A stretch of DNA of 64,000 bases from NCBI GenBank assembly GCA_003649205.1, contig QMRC01000003.1:1-64000 (forward strand), given 5' to 3'. Shown in pieces: positions 38,383-48,900 of the stretch (position 1 is the first letter of the stretch; every line of letters starts with the position of its first letter). A model generated the notes under the pieces. It was not told the origin of the DNA. It ran no database searches and was given only the letters and a program-made list of their open reading frames with translations. This stretch comes from Thermoprotei archaeon (GTDB taxonomy: Archaea; Thermoproteota; Thermoprotei; Thermoproteales; B15-G16). Position numbers and translations under genes: made by a program.

Positions 38383-39120
38383 GTGGAGAGCTATAGGAGG
38401 TTTTTAAACATAGTCGTGAGTATTCTTGAGAAAGTTGTTCAGGAAGAGAGGGATAATCTTGAGAGAGCAGCGAACTGCATGGTTGAGACCATAGCTAGTG
38501 GTAGGTTCATTTATGTATTTGGTACAGGTCACTCAATGATGATGGCTATGGAGATGTTCTATAGGGCTGGTGGACTAGTACCAGTGTATCCGCTTCTCGA
38601 TCTCTCGATATCTGGTTTAAATGGAGCTGTCAAGAGTACAGGTATTGAGAGGTTGAGCGGGTATGCTAGGGTATTGCTGGATTACTATGGTGTTGAAGCA
38701 GGTTCAACTCTCATAGTGGTATCTAACTCTGGTAAGAATGCTGTACCTGTAGAGATGGCTTATGAAGCGAGGAAGAGAGGCATCAAGGTCATTGCAATAA
38801 CATCAACTGAATACTCAAAATCTGTAACACCAGATAATCCACTTGGTAAGAGATTATTTGAAGTAGCCGATGTAGTTATTGACAATAAAGTTCCTATTGG
38901 TGATGCAGTGTACGAGGTAAAGGGTTTACCGCAGAAGATAGCTCCAGTATCTACAATAGTGAACTCCTTCATTATTCAACTACTTACAATTAGAACTGTT
39001 GAAAAGTTACTTGAGAGGGGAATTGAACCAGAGATCTGGATGAGTGCTAATGTTCCTGGAGGAGTAGAGTACAATAGAAGGTACTTAAGTAAGTACTTCA
39101 AGGTAATTAAACCACTTTAG
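38383..39120 (+). CDS. SIS-domain sugar isomerase protein
   Basis: FGTGHS, FYRAGG, SNSGKN, DVVIDN, SANVPGG. Confidence 0.88.
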   Translation: MESYRRFLNIVVSILEKVVQEERDNLERAANCMVETIASGRFIYVFGTGHSMMMAMEMFYRAGGLVPVYPLLDLSISGLNGAVKSTGIERLSGYARVLLDYYGVEAGSTLIVVSNSGKNAVPVEMAYEARKRGIKVIAITSTEYSKSVTPDNPLGKRLFEVADVVIDNKVPIGDAVYEVKGLPQKIAPVSTIVNSFIIQLLTIRTVEKLLERGIEPEIWMSANVPGGVEYNRRYLSKYFKVIKPL

Positions 39121-39129
39121 TCGAGGTGT

Positions 39130-40299
39130 GTGGTAGTGAAGAGAGCATTTATTGGTTCCCAGGTACTAACACCAGAAACTGAATACCGTAACTATGCTGT
39201 ATTAGTTAGTGAGGGCTATATAGAGGGTTTAGTACCAGCAGATAAGGTGCCGTGTAACTACGAGGTGATTGACTTCAGTGACTACATCATAGTACCAGGT
39301 CTCATAGACATACACATACATGGGTATGGAGGTCACGACACGACACTAGGTACGGTAGAGGATCTGGTTGAGATAGGTAGAGGGGTTTCTAGACATGGGG
39401 TTACAGCTATTCTGTTAGCTAATGTAGCTGCACCAAGGGATAAGTTACTCGAAATTGCTAGAAATGTGAAGGATGCTGTTAGGAGATCTAGAGAGAAGGT
39501 CGTAGGTGCAGAAATCCTTGGACTATATCTAGAGGGACCTTTTGTTAATCCAGAGAAGAAGGGAGCGCACAATCCAAAGCACTTGAGGAAACCTGATATA
39601 GGTGAGCTAGAAGAGCTGTATAGAGTTTCGGAAGGTACCTTGAGAGTCGTAGCTATTGCGCCTGAACTCCCAAACGCTCTCGAGTTCATCGAAAGAGCTA
39701 AGCAACTCGGTCTCGTAGTTTCTGCCGCTCACACTAACGCGACATATGAGGAAGCTATGAGGGCATTCAATGCTGGTGTAACTCTCTGTACCCATCTGTT
39801 CAATGCCATGAGGGGATTTCACCATCGTGAACCAGGTATTGTAGGTGCTGCACTTGAGAGAGATGATGTGTATGTAGAGCTGATAGTCGATTTGATACAT
39901 CTTCACCCGACAACGATAAGACTTGTCACTAAGTGTAAGCCGGTCGACAAGGTAATTCTTATAACTGATGCTATTGCAGCTACAGGGTTACCCGATGGAG
40001 AGTACGTGCTTGGTGATCTACCTATAGTTGTCAAAGGAGGTATTAGTAGGTTAAAAGATACAGGTGCTCTTGCTGGTAGCACACTGACTCTCGATAGAGC
40101 TATTAAGAACATGGTTGAGGTTACTAAGCTTCCTCTACGAGAAGTGCTTAAAATGGTTACTGTGAATCCAGCGACTGTACTCGGTGAGAAAAGACGGGGT
40201 AGGGTAGATGTGGGGTATATAGCTAACTTGACGGTATTAGATAAGGAGCTAAATGTGGTAGCTACTGTCGTTAGAGGGGAGGTAGTGTATCAACGTTAG
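39130..40299 (+). CDS. nagA: N-acetylglucosamine-6-phosphate deacetylase
   Basis: PGLIDIHIHG, LEGPF, HTNA, THLFNAM, LAGS. Confidence 0.93.
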   Translation: MVVKRAFIGSQVLTPETEYRNYAVLVSEGYIEGLVPADKVPCNYEVIDFSDYIIVPGLIDIHIHGYGGHDTTLGTVEDLVEIGRGVSRHGVTAILLANVAAPRDKLLEIARNVKDAVRRSREKVVGAEILGLYLEGPFVNPEKKGAHNPKHLRKPDIGELEELYRVSEGTLRVVAIAPELPNALEFIERAKQLGLVVSAAHTNATYEEAMRAFNAGVTLCTHLFNAMRGFHHREPGIVGAALERDDVYVELIVDLIHLHPTTIRLVTKCKPVDKVILITDAIAATGLPDGEYVLGDLPIVVKGGISRLKDTGALAGSTLTLDRAIKNMVEVTKLPLREVLKMVTVNPATVLGEKRRGRVDVGYIANLTVLDKELNVVATVVRGEVVYQR

Positions 40300-40915
40300 C
40301 TGTTTGCTAACATGTTATGAGTCACCGAAGAATTAACATAGCAATTCCTCAATACCTCCATACGTGTGTTTTCTACCTCCAATAACTATCAAGAACTTCA
40401 TGTTGTTTTCAGGTAGTGCTACTCCGCTATATCCCGTATACCCATGTAATACATATCTGCTCTGGTCACCTTACATGTAAGTGCCGTGGTAGTACAAATG
40501 CAGTTCATGACCATGGGCCCTACCTCATGAACAACCTAACTAACTTATTGACTCTACTCACTGTACTCTAGCACAGAGCAAAATTACCTACTAGCTCACG
40601 TACTTCACCCAATTTATTTGCCAGATTAAACTTGCTATGCCTTCCTCCCGACATCAAAGGTATTTAGGATGACTATATAGTAGCAAGCTCAACATTTGAA
40701 ATACCATTTATTGGAAACAATTTAGTGACAGAGACCACAGCAGCTACTACAAGACCCTCATACAACCTATGCTCTTAGTTAATTTCCTCGAAAAATATCG
40801 TCTCTACCTTAAACCACATGGTATATAATGACCTCTTGATCGCGGGTAGATCCTTCAGCTCTGAGAAACTTCATCAATTTCATAAATAATCTTCTCAGTA
40901 GGAAGGATTTAGGGG

Positions 40916-42193
40916 ATGAACTTGAACATTGGGTATGCAAGAACAGAGCTTAAACCACCGATCAACCTATCTCTTGCTGGGTATTTGGAGAGGAATTACA
41001 GGAGTATTAAGTCGAGAGGTTTTCTAGATACCTTAGAGTTATCTACCCTACTTATTGAGCTAGGTGATAAGAGGGTAGCAGTGGTTTCACTAGATACTCT
41101 CCACATATCAGAAGCTATCAGAAACTTAGTAGTTAGTACGTGTAGGAAAGTAGTTGATTGTGACTACTGTGTGGTTACAGCAACACATACTCACTCCGGT
41201 CCTGTGCTAGATCTTGAGGATCCATTCTACAGGATCTTCAGTGTTGATCCATCTACCGATAGGGAGCTTTTGAGTGGATTCTATCCACAGCTTAGACAGG
41301 TACTTAGGGAAGTGTTTGAGAAGGTTACTGAAACCCGTAGGGTTAATTGTATCAAGCTGTATAGAGTTGAGGGTGGTGTTGCTGCTAATAGGAGAGATCC
41401 TTCAGGTCCTGTAGATAGGGAGATTACAGTATTTCGCTTCAGGGCTGAGGATTTAGATCTACTTTGTCTAGTGTATGGTTGTCATCCAACTGTATTAGGT
41501 CCTGATAATGCTTACTACAGTGGCGATTTCACGTACTACGTGAGGGAGTACTTACGTAGGTTCCTCAATTGTGAGGTAATGTGGTTTACTGGTGCTTGTG
41601 GTGATGTATCTACTAGATTTACTAGGAGGGGTAGGGGAGTTAGTGAAGCTAGGAGAGTAGGCTATGTACTTGGTTCTACTGTAGCTACAGCTCTCTTCTC
41701 TGAAACAGCTCTGGAACTCCCTACTGAGCACTTATGTGTTGAGGTTGAGGAGTTAGATGTCGGTACTAGTGTACCTGAGATTGAGGAGGTTCTTGAGAGG
41801 AAGCGTTCTATAGAGGAGAAGATAAGGAGGTTGAAAGAGGTACCTATACAGTTGAGACATGAACTATTAGCTCTTGAACTTCTGGAGAAGTACTACGATG
41901 TACTTTGTAGAGTTCCTAAGGTAGTTAAAGTACGTCACACAGCTATAGCATTAAGCGATGTAGCTCTAACATTTGTACCGTACGAAATGTTTGCACAGTA
42001 CTCATTAGCATTGAAGCAGCTAAACTGTACCCTAGTGTGCTATGCTGATTCGTACTTAGGTTACCTACCTACACCAAGTGCCATTAAGATTGGTGGATAC
42101 GAAACTCTCTTCACGGTACTGAACTTCAGAGAGATCCCGAAGATAGTGTCTAGCGTAGTTAGAGTGACGCTTAGAGCTTTACTTTCTGCTTAG
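40916..42193 (+). CDS. Neutral/alkaline ceramidase-like amidohydrolase
   Basis: LAGY, ATHTHSGP, GCHPT, SGDF, GACGD, GYLP...GGYE. Confidence 0.8.
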   Translation: MNLNIGYARTELKPPINLSLAGYLERNYRSIKSRGFLDTLELSTLLIELGDKRVAVVSLDTLHISEAIRNLVVSTCRKVVDCDYCVVTATHTHSGPVLDLEDPFYRIFSVDPSTDRELLSGFYPQLRQVLREVFEKVTETRRVNCIKLYRVEGGVAANRRDPSGPVDREITVFRFRAEDLDLLCLVYGCHPTVLGPDNAYYSGDFTYYVREYLRRFLNCEVMWFTGACGDVSTRFTRRGRGVSEARRVGYVLGSTVATALFSETALELPTEHLCVEVEELDVGTSVPEIEEVLERKRSIEEKIRRLKEVPIQLRHELLALELLEKYYDVLCRVPKVVKVRHTAIALSDVALTFVPYEMFAQYSLALKQLNCTLVCYADSYLGYLPTPSAIKIGGYETLFTVLNFREIPKIVSSVVRVTLRALLSA

Positions 42194-42908
42194 CAGTTTT
42201 CCACTCATCGACGATTCTTACACCTGCTGAGGATCCAAGAACATCAGCACCAGCAGCCACTAATGTAAGAGCATCTTCAAGATGTCTAATACCACCTGCA
42301 GCCTTGACCTTGAGGCCACGGCTGTGGGCTACCTGAGCTAGCAGTGACACGTCGTGAACTGTTGCTCTACCAGGTCCAAAACCTGTACAGGTCTTAACGA
42401 AATCAGCACCAGCACGTGAGAGAACTTGAGCAACTCTTTCCTTCTCTTCGTCACTTAAGTAACCCGTCTCAATAATTACCTTTAGAATCCCTCCATATGA
42501 GTGGACAACCTCAGCAACAGCCCTAACCTCTTCCTCAATGTACTTCCACTCACCACTCTTCAGAGCTTGTACGTTAATCACCATATCTATGTCATCTGCA
42601 CCTAACTCCATGTACTTCCTAGCTTCAAAAATCTTAACATCAGTAATCTGGTAACCATGCGGAAAACCAACAACAGTACAAATCCTAACACCACTACCCT
42701 TCAATAACTTAACTACATGAGGTACGTGGTGTGGGCTGATGCAGAAAGCTCTGAATCCGTACTCCTTAACTCGTTCACACTCTTTAACCACAACATCTAG
42801 AGGAGCAGAGGGATCTAGCAATGTATGGTCTACGACCTTAGGTAAGTTACTCCACACCTCCTTTACACGCTGAAGACCTAGAAGTAGCTCAATAATTCTC
42901 ATAAACAA
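42171..42908 (-). CDS. deoC: Deoxyribose-phosphate aldolase
   Basis: DHTLL, VVGFPHG, DMVIN, KVIIET, FVKT, KAAGGIR. Confidence 0.93.
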   Translation of the reverse strand: MFMRIIELLLGLQRVKEVWSNLPKVVDHTLLDPSAPLDVVVKECERVKEYGFRAFCISPHHVPHVVKLLKGSGVRICTVVGFPHGYQITDVKIFEARKYMELGADDIDMVINVQALKSGEWKYIEEEVRAVAEVVHSYGGILKVIIETGYLSDEEKERVAQVLSRAGADFVKTCTGFGPGRATVHDVSLLAQVAHSRGLKVKAAGGIRHLEDALTLVAAGADVLGSSAGVRIVDEWKTAKQKVKL

Positions 42909-42979
42909 TCCCCGTCGGTACTGACAGTTCGAAAAATATGTAAGTTAGTTGTTTTCCTCAATGACTTGAGGTAGAGAAT

Positions 42980-43213
42980 ATGAGCGCATGGTCTGAAATA
43001 AAGGGTGAACTAGTAAAGAAGGTTAAGGAGCTGTTTAAGGATGCTGAAGTAAGTGAGTACCCTTACTACATCCGTGTAAAGATAGGAGAGAAATCCTACC
43101 GCATACTCTACAGCTATGGTCAACTCAGAATACTGGATGAAGCAACCAAGAAGGTAGCCATAACAGGTACTCTAGACAAAACTATTGAGACACTGAAGGA
43201 GTTAATTAAGTAG
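42980..43213 (+). CDS. Small hypothetical protein
   Basis: 77 aa; GAGGT RBS. Confidence 0.65.
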   Translation: MSAWSEIKGELVKKVKELFKDAEVSEYPYYIRVKIGEKSYRILYSYGQLRILDEATKKVAITGTLDKTIETLKELIK

Positions 43214-43267
43214 TCAGGAAGCCGGAAGACACATCACCAATCAGCCCCTAGTTGCTTCATCACAAGG
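43210..43267 (-). ncRNA. C/D-box sRNA
   Basis: GTGATGA-agcaactagggg-CTGA-ttg-GTGATGT-gtcttccggcttc-CTGA. Confidence 0.85.
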
Positions 43268-43273
43268 AAAGCA

Positions 43274-44668
43274 CTACTTCAAAGGTCTAACTTTCTCAAA
43301 TAGCGCGTAGAAGAAACCAACAGTATTGTGTCTATGCGGCCAAGCTCTCATGGTACCAGGTAGGAAACCTGGATCAAAGGGACCATCTAGTGGAATTAAC
43401 CTTATGTATCCATTAAACTCCCTCAATATCTTCTTAACTAACTCCTCACCCTCCTCCGGAAAGATACTACACACAGTGTACAGAATTCTCCCACCAGGTT
43501 TAGCTAATCGAATAGCGACCCTAAGCATCTTAAGCTGCATCTCAGAAATCTCCCTAATCTTCTCCAATCTAAGCCTCCACCTAACTTCAGGATACTTATG
43601 GAGTGTTCCACTTGATGAACAGGGTGCATCGAGAAGTACTCTATCTGCAAATTCTTCACCAAGTATCTTAGGTGCTTTCAAGACATCTTCATGATAGATC
43701 TCGACATTCCTAACACCAAGTCTCTTCAATACATTTCTCATCTTATTTATCCTGAATTCATCCACATCAAAGGCATAGATCTTACCCTGATTCCTCATCA
43801 ACTCAGCCATGTGTGATGTCTTACCACCAGGAGCAGCGCACATATCCACAACAACATGACCAGGCTTAGGATCGAGAATTATTGAGGCAGCTGCTGAAGC
43901 ATCTTCCTGAGAAATGACTTTACCCTCACGCACTAGCCTACATTCATCGAACTTAAATGGTCCCTTAACCTTAACAACAGTTGGAACATACTTACTGACA
44001 ATAGGTTCCTTACCCATCCTCCTCAATTCCCTAATAACTTCCTCAACAGTAGCTTTCAGCGTATTAACTCTCAAACTAATGAGAGGTCTCTTATTGTACT
44101 TCTTAAACAACTCCTCTGCCTCTTCAGGTCCAAGTAGGTTCCTCACCCTCTCTATGAACCAAGCAGGTAGATTGTACTTCAGCTCAAGTTCCTCAATCTC
44201 GTTCTCCGGTACATACCTAAAATTCATCAAAATTCTATCAACTAGATCCCAGTACCAAGTACCAACGTATGGATGTGTAACCTCAGTTAAGAACTTAGCT
44301 ACACCATACTTCAACTCATGAAGTAGGCTATTTGATAGAGGATGATCGTTGAGAACTAATAGATACGTAGCTAGTCGGAGTGCTGCTCGTAGCCATGGAT
44401 CGAGGATGTAGATATTGGGTAGACCTGTAGCTCTGATGATTATCTTATCAACAATACCTAACCTCCTCATTACCTTGTAGAATATTGCTGTCAATATCCT
44501 ATCCTTAGACGTACCCAATATACCGTACCTACGAAATATCCTACGTTTAGCTTCTTGACTAGGATGTACGTACTCAGCTTCCTTTATAACCTCAACTAAA
44601 GCAGCTAAATCCCTCCTACTTATCCTAATCTTCTCTCTAACTGCACTACACGTAGACATGTACTCCAA
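43274..44668 (-). CDS. RsmB/NOP2 family RNA m5C methyltransferase
   Basis: RVNTLK, QED.S, DMCAAPGGKT, DAPCS, YTVCS. Confidence 0.92.
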   Translation of the reverse strand: MEYMSTCSAVREKIRISRRDLAALVEVIKEAEYVHPSQEAKRRIFRRYGILGTSKDRILTAIFYKVMRRLGIVDKIIIRATGLPNIYILDPWLRAALRLATYLLVLNDHPLSNSLLHELKYGVAKFLTEVTHPYVGTWYWDLVDRILMNFRYVPENEIEELELKYNLPAWFIERVRNLLGPEEAEELFKKYNKRPLISLRVNTLKATVEEVIRELRRMGKEPIVSKYVPTVVKVKGPFKFDECRLVREGKVISQEDASAAASIILDPKPGHVVVDMCAAPGGKTSHMAELMRNQGKIYAFDVDEFRINKMRNVLKRLGVRNVEIYHEDVLKAPKILGEEFADRVLLDAPCSSSGTLHKYPEVRWRLRLEKIREISEMQLKMLRVAIRLAKPGGRILYTVCSIFPEEGEELVKKILREFNGYIRLIPLDGPFDPGFLPGTMRAWPHRHNTVGFFYALFEKVRPLK

Positions 44669-44715
44669 GAAAAGTAGTTCTTAGAGAATATGTTTGGAGA
44701 GGCTTAAACTCACTC

Positions 44716-45450
44716 TCATTCCAATGATGATGCGTGGTCGAGGATTAATGAGAGGTTACGTACGTAACGTACTATATCCATGAGCAATCTACGTAGATCA
44801 GTTAGAGAATTCAGTAACTTACACAAGGTATCGATCATTCTCCTTAGGTTATCGAGATACTGCTCGTAGAGTGTAGATACTACGTAATCGAGGAGATCTA
44901 CACTACATCGACAGGATATAGTGATTACAGCAGTTGAGCTATGAGGTGTTACATTGGTAGTGAGATTGAGGTACTGAACACCTCTCACATCTGGACGTAG
45001 ATTACCTAGATTTCTAGTGTAATAGTATAGCATTGACCCAACTAGATGATTCAAGCTATGGACTAGATCACTAACTCCCTCACCTTCTTCACAAGACAAA
45101 TCGATCCTAAAGCTAATCACCGTATTCGTGTCATTACAGGTTAGAGAGAACTTAACAACAATCACACTGCTAACAGTATGCACGACATCGATACTGGATA
45201 GAGTACCGTGAATTACGGTATCAGAACGAGGGTACAGAATAACTGCAATCAGCTTCTCAACATCGGAACAACATAGTGAAACCAATTCACGTAGTAACTT
45301 CACGTAGCTACTTAGCGAGAAGGCGAGACAGGAAGCTTCGAGAATAACCACTAATGTATCGTTACGGCGAATCACATTACGTAAATTCAACTGCAATGAG
45401 AGATCGAATAGAGACTTGAGCAGAGAATCCAACCTACTTCTCCCAGTCAT
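44716..45450 (-). CDS. Hypothetical protein
   Basis: 244-aa ORF without recognised motifs. Confidence 0.5.
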   Translation of the reverse strand: MTGRSRLDSLLKSLFDLSLQLNLRNVIRRNDTLVVILEASCLAFSLSSYVKLLRELVSLCCSDVEKLIAVILYPRSDTVIHGTLSSIDVVHTVSSVIVVKFSLTCNDTNTVISFRIDLSCEEGEGVSDLVHSLNHLVGSMLYYYTRNLGNLRPDVRGVQYLNLTTNVTPHSSTAVITISCRCSVDLLDYVVSTLYEQYLDNLRRMIDTLCKLLNSLTDLRRLLMDIVRYVRNLSLILDHASSLE

Positions 45451-45461
45451 AATACAAGTAG

Positions 45462-45518
45462 TTTCTCAGCCCTGCGTGGTCTCTTCACTAATCTGCGTGT
45501 TTAGGACTCATCACAGAG
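45462..45518 (-). ncRNA. C/D-box sRNA (second of a tandem pair)
   Basis: GTGATGA-gtcctaaacacg-CAGA-tta-GTGAAGA-gaccacgcaggg-CTGA. Confidence 0.8.
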
Positions 45519-45544
45519 CAGAGAGACAGTATACGCATTAGTGA

Positions 45545-45602
45545 GGAATCAGCAATCCCGGTCCGAACATCAATCATTCCCCTTTCGAGCTTCATCACCG
45601 CT
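45545..45602 (-). ncRNA. C/D-box sRNA (first of a tandem pair)
   Basis: GTGATGA-agctcgaaagggga-ATGA-TTGATGT-tcggaccgggattg-CTGA. Confidence 0.75.
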
Positions 45603-45690
45603 AGAACCCTGTTAATCACGAAAATATATGTTTTACTACCTCAATAGAGGTGACTGAGGACTCAGGTTAAGTTACCTGTAGGTGATGTAG

Positions 45691-46413
45691 GTGTCGGAGA
45701 TCCTAGCTAAGCAGATTGCTACCTTCATTGCTGGTGACATAGTCCTCTCTGATGAACCCGGTAGGAGAATGAGGTATTGGAGAGAGTACTTTGGGGTATC
45801 TCAAAGTGAAGTAGCTACGAAAATGAGTACCTTACCCTCCGTCATAAGTGACTACGAGAGCTGTAGGAGGAAGTCACCTGGATCACACTTCATTAAGAGA
45901 TTTGTTGAGGCATTGATAACTATCGACTTGGAGAAGGGTGGTAGGAAGATCAATGAGTTAGCTAGTGTCGTCATTGGTGTTAGCTCAGCATTTAGGAGAG
46001 CAGTGCTAGATATGAGGGAGTTTACGAAGCCAATTACCATCGGCGAATTCTGTAGTGTAATTGATGCAGAACTTCACGTTGGTAGGGAATTCAGTGATGT
46101 TCACATCTACGGCTATACGGTAGTTGATAGCATGAAGCTAGTTCTGGAGGTACCCTCCTACGAATACCTTAGACTATACGGTAGGAGTACTCAGAGAGCA
46201 GCTATCTTCACCAATGTACGCTACGGTAGATCTCCACTAGTAGCGATCAAGGCCATGATGGCTATTTCAGGTCTTCGACCAGTACTAGTAGTACTTCATG
46301 GAATTAAGGAACCTGATGAACTAGGTATAGAGATAGCTAAACGTGAGAGTATACCACTTGCAACAACACTACTCCCACTTACAGACATGATCAAGAAGTT
46401 AAGAGGGGTGTAG
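45691..46413 (+). CDS. Archaeal XRE-HTH transcriptional regulator (COG1709-like)
   Basis: IAGDIVLS..PG...WRE.F..SQ, SVISDYE..RRKSPG, GRSPLVAIK. Confidence 0.85.
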   Translation: MSEILAKQIATFIAGDIVLSDEPGRRMRYWREYFGVSQSEVATKMSTLPSVISDYESCRRKSPGSHFIKRFVEALITIDLEKGGRKINELASVVIGVSSAFRRAVLDMREFTKPITIGEFCSVIDAELHVGREFSDVHIYGYTVVDSMKLVLEVPSYEYLRLYGRSTQRAAIFTNVRYGRSPLVAIKAMMAISGLRPVLVVLHGIKEPDELGIEIAKRESIPLATTLLPLTDMIKKLRGV

Positions 46414-46420
46414 AGATTTA

Positions 46421-47044
46421 GTGGCTAAGTACTACATGCTCCGTCGGCCAACAGGACAAGCTAGGTGGGATTACTTCCTACTGTACGTAGGTGCTAAACT
46501 GAAGAAATTTTACGTAGGTACCTACTACATACCTAAGTACCGTGTACTTGCACCAGTATTCAAACCATCACCGGGAACACCCCTAGACTTAAGAGCACTA
46601 GTTGAGGTACCTAGTGACATACTCGAGAATTCGTACAGGATGATATGTATTGAGTGTGGTTGGTGCTGTGAACGTGATTCTGGTGCTTTCGCTCTAGAGA
46701 ATGAAGTTAGAGATCTACCGCTACACCTAGTTGATAGACCACTTGACTGGAAGTGGGTTGATACGGTTATTGGCCCTGTTAAGGTGTATAGGCTAGATCT
46801 CGGTCCTGGTGGTAGATGCGTATTTTATAGCGATGGTAGGTGTTTAGTGCCTAGAGATCGAAAACCAATAATCTGTCTCATTCACTACTGTTCTCTCTAT
46901 GCAGAGATGAGAGGCAGAAAGTTCATTAAGGTTGGTGTTAGGAGAGTTGGAGGTCAGTATGAACCAATATACAGGGAGGTTAGTGATGAAGAGTTTGAAC
47001 TTATTAAGAACCGAGTACTGAGTAGACGTAGAGGTTCTAGGTAG
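46421..47044 (+). CDS. YkgJ-like cysteine-cluster protein
   Basis: CIECGWCC, CVFY, C...KPIIC. Confidence 0.75.
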   Translation: MAKYYMLRRPTGQARWDYFLLYVGAKLKKFYVGTYYIPKYRVLAPVFKPSPGTPLDLRALVEVPSDILENSYRMICIECGWCCERDSGAFALENEVRDLPLHLVDRPLDWKWVDTVIGPVKVYRLDLGPGGRCVFYSDGRCLVPRDRKPIICLIHYCSLYAEMRGRKFIKVGVRRVGGQYEPIYREVSDEEFELIKNRVLSRRRGSR

Positions 47045-47099
47045 TCGTGATGAGTGGTATTACAGCGGACTGGTGAAGAAGCCCTCCGACACTGATCAG
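47043..47099 (+). ncRNA. C/D-box sRNA
   Basis: GTGATGA-gtggtattacag-CGGA-ctg-GTGAAGA-agccctccgaca-CTGA. Confidence 0.8.
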
Positions 47100-47171
47100 C
47101 TCGATAACCAGCACATTGATAAATTAGTAAGTTTTATAGTGTTGCTATAGTTCTTAGCTAAGGGGTTTAGC

Positions 47172-47423
47172 ATGAGTGAGAGTGAGTTTGAGATACCTCT
47201 CTACTGTCCTGCCTGTGGTCTCTACCTCGGTAGAAAAAGTGTCCAGATAAGAATAGAGCCCTCAGCAGATGGCTCTGAATATCACGTAACTCTAACACTA
47301 ACTTATCCACTTTGTAAATACTGTGTCTCTAAGAAGGAGCTAAAGCTACTGGATAAAGATGAGGACGATATTAGGGAAAGTATAGTGGAAGACTTAAGAC
47401 GTAGACTATCTAGGACAGAGTAG
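47172..47423 (+). CDS. Small zinc-binding hypothetical protein
   Basis: CPAC...CKYC. Confidence 0.65.
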   Translation: MSESEFEIPLYCPACGLYLGRKSVQIRIEPSADGSEYHVTLTLTYPLCKYCVSKKELKLLDKDEDDIRESIVEDLRRRLSRTE

Positions 47424-47478
47424 TGATGATGAAGGCCAGGAGTAGTGATCTATGATCTCTACTTCCGGCGCTGACCAT
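47422..47478 (+). ncRNA. C/D-box sRNA overlapping the annotated start of the next ORF
   Basis: ATGATGA-aggccaggagta-GTGA-tct-ATGATCT-ctacttccggcg-CTGA. Confidence 0.7.
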
Positions 47479-48900
47479 ACTACATCCATAGTTAAAACCC
47501 TGAAGTTGCTACTTATCATCTCACCTCTAGTACTAGCTATTACAGCAGCAATACCATTAACCTACTGTAGCGAGAAACCCATTGCGTACCTTAAGGTGGG
47601 CATCACCTTCAAGGAAATAGGTCTAGTACCTGAACCTGTTGAGCTAACCGAGGTTAAAGATGCAGTACCTGTAACGGTAAAGTACATCGTTCTCTACATT
47701 AAGGTACTACATCCAGGAACAGAGGTGTGTTATCAGGTAACATTTAGAGAACAGAAGACAGGTACAGTGTTTGGCTTTTATGACAGCATAATACTACCCA
47801 AGGGCATTAGCGTTCTACACATAGTCGCAACTTATCCAATTGGCTCACCTGAAGCGGCAACAGTAACGTACTACTTAGTCAGTAAGAGAGGTGTAACAAA
47901 GAGTACTAAGATCATAGAGAGAGCAACACCGAGACCACTATTCCCTGGTGTATGGAATGTAACCTGTACTCTCTGGATTGGAAGTACAACATTAATGTTA
48001 ACATATAGCTTCAGGATAAGGAATCCGTACCTAGTACTCAAGTTCATTGATCAGCACGAGCTAGAGGTAGCAAATGTTACGGTAGTACTTGTAAAGGATG
48101 GTAAGGTTGTGTACAATGTAACTAATGTAGGTCCTGAGATTTGTCTTGAAGTTGAGAAAGGTAGGTACACAATACTAACGTACTACAAAGGCTCTCTTGT
48201 TGCAAAGAAGTTCGTAGTAGTTAATGGTGATTGTAAGTACAGTATTGTAGTACCTAGGTACAGATTAGTCCTCTTTATAAGAGATGCGCTTGGTAAGCTA
48301 GTTAAAGCTGATGAAGTTACAGTTAAGCGAGGTAATACCACAGTAGGTAAGTACAGGGATGTCGATACTGTTCTACTAGTTGATGAACCACCTGGAAAGT
48401 ACTGCTTCACTGTAGTATGTAGGTACCGTGATATAGGACGAGTAGTTAAGGTAGTTAAACACATTGAATTAAGGAGTTCACTTGTTGCAAATGTTTCACT
48501 ACCTCTCAACTACTTGAGGATAACGGCAAATACTATTACAGCACCACTAAGGGACTTTAGAGTGACCCTTTCAGTCATGCACAATAGAACATTGAGAGTA
48601 GTCTACAGTGGTTCAAACAAGCTAATAGGTCCTCTTCCACCTGGACCCTACATACTGACAATTAGGTATCTTGACTATGTTAAGGTACTCCATATAACAC
48701 TGCCAAGTGAGTGTAGAGGTGTTGTTGATGTGAACATTAACCTAGATGTTGTACTACCTGCACTTGGTAAGTGCTTTACAACCTTTGAACACACAACACT
48801 GACAATAGCATTAACGATATTATTAGTAACCATATGTATTGAGTTTGTAGGGTGGTTACGTCATGGTAGATACAAGGCTTCAGAGACCACGAGGCACTAG
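47452..48900 (+). CDS. Secreted/surface beta-rich protein with C-terminal TM anchor
   Basis: Signal-like N-terminus, repeated PG.Y beta motifs, many N-x-T sites, C-terminal TM. Confidence 0.7.
   Translation: MISTSGADHTTSIVKTLKLLLIISPLVLAITAAIPLTYCSEKPIAYLKVGITFKEIGLVPEPVELTEVKDAVPVTVKYIVLYIKVLHPGTEVCYQVTFREQKTGTVFGFYDSIILPKGISVLHIVATYPIGSPEAATVTYYLVSKRGVTKSTKIIERATPRPLFPGVWNVTCTLWIGSTTLMLTYSFRIRNPYLVLKFIDQHELEVANVTVVLVKDGKVVYNVTNVGPEICLEVEKGRYTILTYYKGSLVAKKFVVVNGDCKYSIVVPRYRLVLFIRDALGKLVKADEVTVKRGNTTVGKYRDVDTVLLVDEPPGKYCFTVVCRYRDIGRVVKVVKHIELRSSLVANVSLPLNYLRITANTITAPLRDFRVTLSVMHNRTLRVVYSGSNKLIGPLPPGPYILTIRYLDYVKVLHITLPSECRGVVDVNINLDVVLPALGKCFTTFEHTTLTIALTILLVTICIEFVGWLRHGRYKASETTRH

Noticed and set aside
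40456-40467. 12-nt match to the tRNA-Phe intron region
   Set aside because: Too short to be an att site; no flanking tRNA similarity.
45558-45566. C/D guide segment complementary to CCGGTCCGA of the TnpB leader repeat
   Set aside because: Only 9 nt and distal from box D; expected by chance.
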